Origin: Podarcis gaigeae
Taxonomy: Eukaryota
Direction: 5' to 3' (one strand)
Assembly (NCBI GenBank): GCA_964106915.2
Contig: OZ066927.1
DNA length: 64,000 nucleotides
Positions 1 to 10,600 of this stretch are shown piece by piece (positions within the stretch are counted from its first letter, which is position 1; each line of letters opens with the position of its first letter). Under the pieces are notes generated by a model. The model did no database searches and was not told where the DNA came from. It worked only from the letters and a program-made list of their open reading frames with translations. The position numbers and the translations under genes were made by a program.

Positions 1-800
1 CTGATTCCGCAAGACCTTCACTGTCAGAGGAAAGAGGTGTAGATGGCAAAAGCTGTGTACAAAGGCACCAGGTGCTCCTCCTCCTCCAAAACTTGGAGGG
101 AGGTGGAACTGCCAATCTTAGCACCTGAGAGGACCAGTAGGCATGGAGGCCGTCTTTCAGACATTTGGGGATTACAGAAGCCCCTTGAATGGAAATGAAC
201 TAACAGCCAACGCAGCTGTTTTAACGTAGGGAATATATGAGGTCTAAACAAACCCCAGCCAGTACTTTGGCTGCTGCATTTTGGACCAGTTTAATCATCT
301 TCAGGACAACCCCACCAGAGCATGGATAAGCATGGCCAAGTCACCTGTCCCAGAGGAGCTGTAGCTGGCAAGTCAGCCAGAGGTGGAAATAAGCATTCCT
401 GGCCACCAAGGCCACCTGAGCCTCCAGTAACCGTGACCTGGGAGCACCCCCAAGCTATGAGCCTGTTCTTTTCAGGGGACTGCAGCCCCCTTCAGTGGAA
501 GTCATTGTCCCACCTTCCAGACTCAGGAGCTCTGAATGCAGAACTCCTCCAGCATTTCTTTAGGATTTTGAGTGCTCTGTCAACATAGAATCCTTGGCCA
601 GAAGCCATGGGTGGAGCTTTGGGCATGGCTCCTGTGGCCTCCGCCAGCCCATTTCCCAGCAAACAAGACTGACACCCACTTTGGTCCCTCCTTCCTGACT
701 GGTCCATCCTTCCTGACTGTGGTGGTGGGGAGGCCATAGCGGCTGCTGATCTTCCTCCTGGGGATATGGGGTCTGACTCTTGACTCTCTGCTGCCTCCAG

Positions 801-929
801 AGGCCCGCAAGGAAGCCTCCCCGTCTCTGCTGCTGGTGCTGAAGTGGGGAGGCGAGCTGACTCCCGCCGGGAGAGTGCAAGCTGAGGAGCTGGGGAGAGC
901 CTTCCGCTGCATGTACCCAGGGGGCCAAG
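801..929 (+). CDS. PPIP5K1: PPIP5K1 exon ([42 protein letters not shown])
   Basis: ctccag| acceptor, |gtgagg donor, phase 1-1. Confidence 0.93.
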
Positions 930-3900
930 GTGAGGCCAGGCGTGGGGAGCACGGTAGTGTGATGGGAGGGGGAGCTGGGTTTGGCCCGCAGGCCTCCATG
1001 CCTCAGCCACTGTCCTTTGACCTTGAGGCTCTCCTCCCACCTTCCAGGGGACTACGCTGGCTTCCCAGGATGCGGCCTCCTTCGCCTGCACAGCACTTAC
1101 CGCCATGACCTCAAGATTTACGCCTCTGATGAGGGCAGAGTCCAGATGACTGCAGCTGCCTTTGCAAAGGTCCTTGCAATCTCTGTCTTCCCAGTGACTG
1201 GGGGTGGGGGGGTACCTCTTGACCTGGCTGTGTCCTCTTGCAGTGCTGCTGTGGGTGCAGTGGCAGCTGAGCCAAGGCCACCTGGGGATGACAGCTGCTC
1301 TTGCCTGCAGCCAGGCCAAGATGGCTTTCGTTCCAAAGGACCAAGCGATGATCTGTGCCATTCCCTTACCACCAGCAGCACCAGCTGCTAAGGCCTGTGC
1401 CCCATCCCATTTCGCTCTGCAGGGCCTCCTTGCACTGGAGGGGGAGCTGACACCCATCTTGGTCCAGATGGTGAAGAGTGCCAACATGAACGGCCTGCTG
1501 GACAGCGACAGTGACTCCCTCAGCAGCTGCCAGCACCGGGTGAAAGCTCGCCTCAGGGAGATCATGCAGAAGGACGCCAACTTTGGGGAGGAGGACTTTG
1601 AGAAGGTGAGGAGGACAGGCAGCTAGGCTGGCTGGCTGGCTGGCTGGTTGGTTGGCTGGCAGAAGTCACTGGTAAAGGGGAGGACAGCTCCCTGGGCCAG
1701 GCCAGCTCAAGGCTTTGGCTCTTGCATCAAAGGAAAGAACTTCAGCTTTCATGGGACCTGGTGCTGGCAATGAGGCTGGGAGTGAGGAGGTACATCCTAT
1801 CAGCTGCTTACTGCTGTTCCAGTTGGAGAGGGGGCCAGGGGTGGGACTTCCTCATCGGTGATTTGGCCAGTGTCCCTTGGCATGATGGGTAGGCAGGTGA
1901 GTAGAAGGGCCTTCCAGCTGGCGAACTTCCTGCTCATTAAAACAAACTTCTGGTCCTGATGATGCAGTGGGAGCCTGTCTTCCCCTCTGGAAAGCTTTGG
2001 GAAAATGGGCATCAAGGCTGCAGGATCTGGGAGGAGCGAATGTTGGTCATATGGCACCCTGAGGGAGACAAAATGTGCCCCCCCCCCAATATTTCATATT
2101 CATTATTTTTTTGGTACAGTTGCCTTTTTAATGCATCTTCTCAGTCAGTATCTGTATAAATACAGATTATGATTATAATGCATGGGGGTGGGGGTGAGGG
2201 TGGGAAGGGAACCACCTGCACCACCTTAAATCTGGTGTTGATCCAGGGCAGGGTTAGGGGAAAATAACTTTGCATTGTTAGTGGGTTATTTCTAAGGGCG
2301 GGGGGACAGCATGTGGTAAAGCAGGGAATTGCACCTCCACTGAAATTAAAAAACAAACAAACCCTCTCTGAATATTAGCTTAGCAGTCTTGAAGCAGGTT
2401 TATAAGAAAAAAGGGACAAAATAAAAGATAAAGCATGCAGCTAGTCCTCAAGAGTGTGGCGTTTCTAAAAGCCATAGGTTACCACTAGAAGTCCAAAGGC
2501 ATCCAGAGAGGGAGCCAGCACCAGCTGGCGCTTGTGGGGGTGGCTGAGCCAGAGTTTTTGGAGGGGAGGGAATGACTTGCAGAGCCCTCTCCACATTGGG
2601 AGGGGGAACTGCTAGCTGGGCTCATGCTTCAGTTCCCCTTTGCTCTGATCCTGCCTTCAGCTAGCGCCCACGGGCAGCATCTCACTCGTCAAGTCCATGA
2701 GCATCATCCAGAACCCTGTGGAGATCTGTGACCGGGTCTTTGCCCTGATTGAGAGCCTCACGTCCCAGATACAAAAGCGCCTGGAGGACCCCAAGTCTGC
2801 GGGTAGGGAGTGTGCATTGCGCCGTAATAACATTGTGTCGTTTGAAGCTACTGGAAGCATAATAACTGACTCCTCTTGGAAGAAATTGTGGTCCAGGCCC
2901 ATTGAAATATTATTCAAGCTTTTACTTGCAGAACTTGCTTCATAACAGAATTACAATATCAAATATAGATCCAAAAGGTCCATACATTTTCTTGTGTTGT
3001 CCAGCACTGACTCTGAATCTTAGAAATACAGCCATACCTCGGAAGTTGAATGCCTTGCCAGTCAAACGTTTTGGCTCCCGAATGCCGCAAAGCCGGAATT
3101 GAGTGTTCCAGTTTGTGAATGTTCTTTGGAACCCAAACATCTAACGCAGGTTCTACGGCTTCCGATTGGCTGCAGGAAGGTCCTGCAGCCAATCGGAAGC
3201 CACACCTTGGTTTCTGAACATTTTGGAAGTCGAATGGATTCCGTTCGACTTCTGAGGTACAACTGTAAAAGATAACTTCAAAAATCAAAGCAGTGTGTAG
3301 GGCAGGTGGATAGCTTGGCAGTTTGTGTTGTGTGTTTGTGTGTGAGCACCTTAGTCCTTCATCGGTCCTTGTGTGAGTGTCCTAACCTTCCCCCCTGCTC
3401 CGTGGGTGGGATGACTGATGCTGCTGCTGATTCCTCAGACCTGCAGCTGTACCATAGTGAGACGCTCGAGCTGATGCTTCAGCGCTGGAGGAAACTGGAG
3501 CAGGATTTCCGCCTGAAGAACCGGCGCTATGACATCAGCAAGATCCCCGACATCTATGACTGCGTCAAGTACGACGTGCAGCACAACGCAGCTCTCAAGC
3601 TGGAGGGCACCTCCGAGCTGTTCCGGCTCTCCAAGTCCCTGGCGGATGTTGTCATCCCCCAGGTGAGGCCTGGCCCTGTGAGGGAGGGTGTGGTGGTGGC
3701 ATGGGGCTTGTGGGTTGCCCTGGGCTGAGTCCCTTCCTGCTTCCCCAGGAATATGGCATTAAGAAACAAGAGAAGCTGGAGATAGCTGTGGGCTTCTGCC
3801 TGCCTCTCATCCGGAAGATCCAGCTGGACCTGCAAAGGACCCACGAGGATGAGTCTGTCAACAAGCTGCACCCCCTGTAAGGACCACCCCTTGTATTTGT

Positions 3901-6900
3901 ATACAACTTAAATCTCCTTACTAGTTATAAATAGAAGAGCCACTGAAAGTTGTGACGTTCCTTTATCAGTTGTTCCCTTGTTTTAATTTTTTTTAATTGA
4001 ATTTTCAAATTATAACAACAAATTTTCCACAAATCTTAATTAAACAATTTATATATCCATATTTATCCCCTCCCCGCTCTTTGGCTTCCCCCATATTTCC
4101 ATACTGATTTATTAAACAATTTCTATACCCTGCTGGTTTTACCTCTTACATAGTTGTGAAAGTTTAGTCATAACCTGCCAATGAGTCCAAATCTTTATAC
4201 TGTCTTTTTATATGGTTTATAAATGGTTCCCACTTATTTTAATGGTTCCCTTGTTTTATTTTTTTCATCTCCTTGATGCAGTTCTAATAACTCTTAATAG
4301 GTTAACCATTTCTCTTTGCCTGTCAACTCTTTTCTGTAGAAAGCTTCTTGTAGTGAAATTCATTTGGGGGTGGATGGGTGTTTGTGCATAACGCATGTAC
4401 TTTAACTGTATCATACCACAGATATCCATGCCATCCAAGCCTTGCCGTGTCCTAATTCCAAAAGTTTCTCAATGCCATCCATTCCTTCATCCATCCTAAG
4501 CAACAAGCTACAAAATACAATTTCAAGTCAGGCAAGCCCTCACTTTTCCCCTTTGCATCTTGCAGAACTTCAGATTTAACTCACGTTTTCCCCTGCCATA
4601 CAAACGTAGATAAAGATTTTTGCCATTGTTTAAATGGTATATCAGGGGTCAAAATAGATATTGTTTGAAACAAAAAATCTCATTCTAAGCAAGACATTCA
4701 TCTTTAACACAGAAATCCTGCCTAACTTGACAATTTTAGTTTCTCCCATCTTGATATATCTTGTTTAATTTCAGCCCATGTCTTAACATAATTCTTTTGA
4801 AACAACATACAATTCGCATTTGTCATGGTAACACCCAAATACTTTACTTTTTTATTAATTTGAAACCCTGTTTTCTTCATCAAAATCTTGGGGTCTTCAG
4901 TTGTCATATTCTTTATTAGCATTTTCATTTTCTGCTGATTAGCCTTAAAGCATGCTAGTGTACCAAACTCATTTAATTTATCCAGAAAAGTCTCTGTTCC
5001 CTGTAGTGGATTTTGCAATACTATCATCAAATCATCAGCAAATGCCTGTAACTTACAAGTTTCTTTTTAAATCGTTGCTCCCCAAATTCTTTCGTCTTGT
5101 CTAGTGTCTCTAAACAAAACTTCCAAGAGCAAATTGCAGAGTAATGGGGACAGTGATTGCCCCTCTTTCCAAAAGACGTCTGTCTTTTTCTCCTTGTGAA
5201 TCTGTGTTCGCCTCCAAGCCCTCTTGGTGACAGAACTCCCAGAATTGTTGGTGAGCTTTTGGTCCCCTCACTGCTTTGACTGCTCTCCTTCCAGGTACTC
5301 GAGGGGAGTCCTGTCTCCGGGGCGCCATGTCCGGACACGCTTGTACTTCACCAGCGAGAGCCACGTCCACTCCCTGCTCAGCATCTTCCGCTATGGGGGC
5401 CTCCTGGATGTAAGTGAGCCAGAGCCAGCCATGGTGTTGTGTGTGTGTGTGTGTGTGTTTTGGCCATGGACAGGGCTCTCCAGTGCCCTCTGCTGAAGGG
5501 GGAACCCTTTGTCTCCTGATAACTCTGGCAGCGCCCTCTGCTGGTGGCTCCAGAGTCAGCCTTGAATTTCGTTCAAGAGTCTGGAGGGTGGGCCTGAACT
5601 TTCCTCCAAACACGGGGGGGGGGGGGGGGGAGGGAGACAGGACACAGGAAGATGCTCCCTGCAGCCTGTTCCTCTGAGCCATCCTTGGAAGACTTGCTCA
5701 GTAGTTCACCTCCCTGGTTTGACCCAATAGTCACTGAATATCATTTATAGACATGCTTTTCAGGTGAACCCACAAAGCAGTTTACATAGAAATACTTAAC
5801 CAGTCAGCCTCCATGAAGACTTTATAATGGGAAGGCCAAGGCCAGCTACCAAGGGAAGAGAGCACCTTCTGCTATCAGGGCAAGGGTGTCTTTGGGCAGC
5901 TCAGGGGGGCAGCTATGGGAGGAAGAGGCTACTCCATGGACAGTGTGTGTGTGTGTGTTGGTGAGTCAAGCCACTTGCTTCTGCTAGACGGTCACCTGGA
6001 TTTTGGCATGTCCTGAGAATTGGTTGGAGCTGGTTCATCTGAAAGGGTCCACAGCACAGTGGGTTTTTTGGCCAATGCTAGGAAGAAAAGCTGTGGGCTG
6101 CGAAGTCTGCCTTGTGCTGAACCCCTTCAGGAGGGTTTATGCCAAATTCACTGGGGGGAGGAGCACTAGACCCCTTCCAGGTCCCTTCAAGGCTGAGCCC
6201 GCCCCTTCCAGGCCCTTTAATCCTGCCTGTCCCGGTCCTCCTCTTGCCTTTCAGGAATCGAAAGACCCTCAATGGCAGAGGGCCATGGACTACCTGAGCG
6301 CCATCTCGGAGCTGAACTACATGACACAGATTGTCATCATGCTGTACGAGGACAACAACAAGGTGAGGGAGCAGAGGAGGAGGAGGAGGAGAAAGCTGGC
6401 GGGTGGTGGTGGGGGGAGGCCAAGTGGCCAAGCCACTGTGACCTCTTCTCCAGCAGAGCCTCACTGCTCTCTTGGCAGGACCCTTCCTCTGAGGAGAGGT
6501 TCCACGTGGAGCTGCACTTCAGCCCAGGGGTGAAGGGCTGTGAGGAGGACGGCAGCGCCCCGGCAGGCTCTGGTTTCCGCCCGGCTTCTGCAGAGGTGAG
6601 TCCATGGGAACAAAGGTGCTTGTAAGGCAGCTGGTCTGACTGGTCCCCGTTGCTCCCAGATGGTCTGGAATGGCTGTCTGCTGGGAAGGTGGGATGAAGG
6701 GCAGCTCTGACCTGATCTGGCGCAGGTTCTGAGAGATCCCTTCTGACCACCAGAGGAGGGAGAGAGAGGGTGGACGCTGCCTTTCTGGGGGGGGTGTCTT
6801 GCTCTGCCCTGAGGAAAGAGATTCTGCTACCCATTTTACCTCAGGCTGGAGGCACATCCGAGTGACTGAAGGTGCCTTGTTTGAGTTCTGCATTATCACA

Positions 6901-7551
6901 ATGATAGTATTACTAGAAAGAAAGTCTCTGTTCTCCCTGGCTGACCTCTTTCCTCACAGTGTGGGGCAGCGGGGAGACTTTCCCAGCCCAAGGGCTCCCT
7001 TCCCTCCTGGGCCCACATGCCATTAGTGGGCGGGACCAAAACCTAAGTGGAGGATGCAAATTTCCTCTTTGTACAGTAGGCCCATTTCTGTGCACCTTCA
7101 CACACAGAGCCTGTTCTGGATACAGGCATGCAAGAGGCAGAAACCCTTGTGCAACACAGGGCCAGTCTGGGCTTGGGGAGCATGCCAGGGGCCAGAGAAA
7201 GGGGCCCAGAGGGCCACTGCATTCTACCCCAGGCCTGAGGTTCCCACCTCTGCACCACTGCCTCCAGCCTCCTTTTTGCTGCCTAAAGTTTCCCCTCACT
7301 TCCAGTTCTCAGCCCAAGGCAATGCCCCTTACACACCCACCCCCTTGTGCTGCTTTTCTGCAGAAGGAAGCCAAGAAGCCGGAGGAGGGGAGCCTGGAGG
7401 AGCTGGCCACGCCCAAGGCCATTGTGGAGATGGACCAAGCCCAGCACCTCTCCTCTCCGCCCCTGGAACCCATCTACGTCCAGCGGAGATCCCCTCTCAT
7501 CCGCAACCGCAAGACCGGCTCCATGGAGGTAGAGTAGAGGGGCTAGACAGC

Positions 7552-7624
<73 letters not shown>

Positions 7625-10600
7625 TAAGTGAGTGTGTGGGGAGAGATGCCTGCCAGGACAATGAAAAATCCACCTGAAGAAAACGAAGACAAGAGAATGT
7701 ATTGTTCTTTACTTCAACCAAAACATTTGTGCTTATAACCAAAGCTGTTAAGATGCCTGGATGGTGGGTTTGCCTGCATCTTCTAGAGGGAGGATCCCCA
7801 GATGTTGTGGCCCAGAAGGAGGGGAGGTGGTTTTTCCCTCCTCCAAGAGCTGCTTCCTCCTCTGCCCCACAACCACTTTCTGTCTCCCAGTTTGTCCCTT
7901 GCTGCTGCTGCCCCCGGCCAAGGTGCCAGAGGCCTCCAGAGCCACCTGAGTGCTTGTTTTCCACAGGTGCTGTCTGAATCTTCCTCCAAGGCGGGTGGCT
8001 ATCGCCTCTTCTCCTACTCGCGGCATTCCTCAGAGGTGAAGCAGAGCGGGTTAGGTAGGAACTTCTCTCTCTCCCTCTCTTGTCAATCCTGGTGGGTCTG
8101 TGGGTGGGATTTCCTGCCTAGGATTTTGTATGGGTTTTTTCCCCCCCAGCCAGATAGGATCTGAGGCTGTCTCTGTAAAGTGCCCCCCTCCCCCTGAGCC
8201 AGGGCTGCCTGCCTGAGGCCCTGCGCTCCCTTCCCTTCTCTAGCTGGCCTTTTCTCCTGTGGTGCTGCTCTGGGATCTCACAGACATTTTGAGAGTCCAG
8301 GCAAGGAATGTCTCAGGTTGGCAGGCAGGCAGTTTCTGACAGTCAGCAGGAGAGACAGGGAGTCTTGGCCTGAGGGCTAAATGTGGTTTTTCTTTTTTAA
8401 AAAAACCTTTGGGATTTAAGGGGGGAGCAGAAACACATAAATGGATTTTTACCAGCCCTTCTCGGGTGAAGAAGCAATGGCAGTGGTCACCCTGTGCCCT
8501 CCAGCTTTGGCAGGCTGTTTCCCTGGCACATAGGAATGACCCCCTCCCCGCAAAATGAAAGGAGCTATATTCATGTAATGAATGAATATTACATCTTAAC
8601 AGAAGAACAATAATAGCCCCTGTCTCATTGAAAAAGCCCTGGCGGTGGAGAACCCTACCCCCAAGACACGAGTTGTCTTCCAAATGCCTCCAGTGTGTGC
8701 AGTCACTCAAGAAAAAAAGGCAGGTTCTGATTTACAGCCCTTTTTCTGAAGTGGGGGCAGGTTCGGGGGCTTCCTCACAGGCCCTTCCTTCCCAAAAGGT
8801 CGCTGGCCAGGGGACCCCTTCCCATCTCCCCAGAGCCAAAGACAGAGGTGGGAGGAAGGAGCTTCTCCAAGGGCAAAATTGGAGGGTGCAGTGTTTGTGT
8901 TTTGTGCCATCTGTTTGAATCCGGGCACTGACCCAGCACCCAGGCCTGCTTAGCTGCACCTCGAGACCATTATTCTCCTTACCTAACAGGCTGCTTGCTA
9001 AATCACCTGCACTCTTGGCCTGTAGTCTAAATTAGGGGTGGTGAACACTCCAGCCTGCTCTACCTGGCCTTGCTGGCGGGGGGACATGGCATGTGGTCCA
9101 ATCACGATGCTTACCTGAGCCAGTAAAAGCCCACCCACCCCACTCCACACCCAAACCTGTGTTGTGATGCTCCCTCTTGCACCTGCACCTGCCCTTGCTC
9201 TGAGCCACAGGGCTCTCTGCCGGGTGGTGAAGATCAGCCTCTTCCTCTGTCCCTCGGGCTTGGGAGTGTTTTGGTCCGGTCCTGGGCTTGTGTGTGGGAC
9301 CACTGACCATTGCTTCTGGCCACAGCATGTGAGCTGAGAGAAGACGGTGAGGCTTTGAGAAGCTGGAGCAGGCTGGCTGTGCCCTGGGCCGCAGAGGTCT
9401 GTCCCTGCTCCTCTGTTTTGTGTTGCCCTTCAGAGCAGATTTAGGAGCTGCAGACCCCCTCTCTGCTTCTTCCTTTGCCACTTGGGGGGACGGGACGGTG
9501 GCAATCGGGGGCTGCAGCACCTTTTGGGGCCTCTTCCTGCAAGGGCTGCTCTGCTGCTTTCTGCCCCACTAACCTGGGTTGCCTGAGCTGCATGTGTGTG
9601 TGTGGGGGGAGGGGTTGTGCACACACGTGTGATACTAACAGCCGGCTGGACCTTTTCAGGGTCGCAGTGCACGGGTCTCTTCAGCACCACGGTCCTGGGG
9701 GGCTCCTCCAGTGCCCCCAACCTCCAGGATTATGCCCGCAGCCACGGGAAGAAGTTCGCCTCCAGCTTTCTATACAAAGATGGTAGGTGCACCCTCTGAA
9801 GACATCCTGAGGCTTGGGGCTGGGTGCTTGGCGGGGAGGCTCCAGGGAAGCTTGGGGGCTGAGCACTCCGAGCAACCCCTTGCCATCTTGGGTCCTGGGA
9901 GAGCAGGGCTGGGAGGAGGCGTCTCCACAGCCTGAGGGCCTCTTGCCTGGAGCTGCCTGGTCTCACCAACACCACAGGTCCTCATAAGGACCCAGAAGCA
10001 GACTTAGTCATGGCATCCATTAGCAGGGGGATGGAGAGGAGGTTTGAAGCTCTCAGGGATCAGCCTCACTAGTAAAGTACTCCTTCCCCATCCCAGAGCA
10101 GGATGGGAGTTGCCTAGCATTGGAGAGAAGCCACAGGTGCCAGGAGTTGTTATGGGCGGCAGTGTGGGGCAGGGGGAGCAGCTGGGTTGGCTTTTCAGGT
10201 GAAGCAGAACAGGAGACGGGGTTGCCGCTCTGCAAGTCTCTGCCAAACAGCCTGCAGGGATGATTCTCCTCCTCTTCAGTGGCATTTACTGGGTCTCTCT
10301 TGGGGTTTATTCCTCTGGCAGCTGCCTTCAGCCTTCATAACAAGGTTGTTATAAAGTCCTGGCAGGGTTTTCACACCAAATAACACCTTCCCTGTTTGAG
10401 AGGGGCTTGCTTCCTGCTCCTTGCAGCGAAGAATTCTTCTCGGCTCCAGCCCTGTTGTGACTAGCCTGTCTTGCAAACTGGGCTTGAAGCATGGCTCTCA
10501 AATAGTTGGGGAGCTGCTCAAGAACTTTCTGAGCCTCTTTTGGCACTTTCTGGTCCTCCTAAGGTCTTTTTGGCTTCTTGCATTTGCTTGGTTGTTGAAA

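Noticed and set aside
492-1580. 362-aa minus-strand ORF
   Set aside because: Antisense to three PPIP5K1 exons in GC-rich DNA; no recognisable domain.
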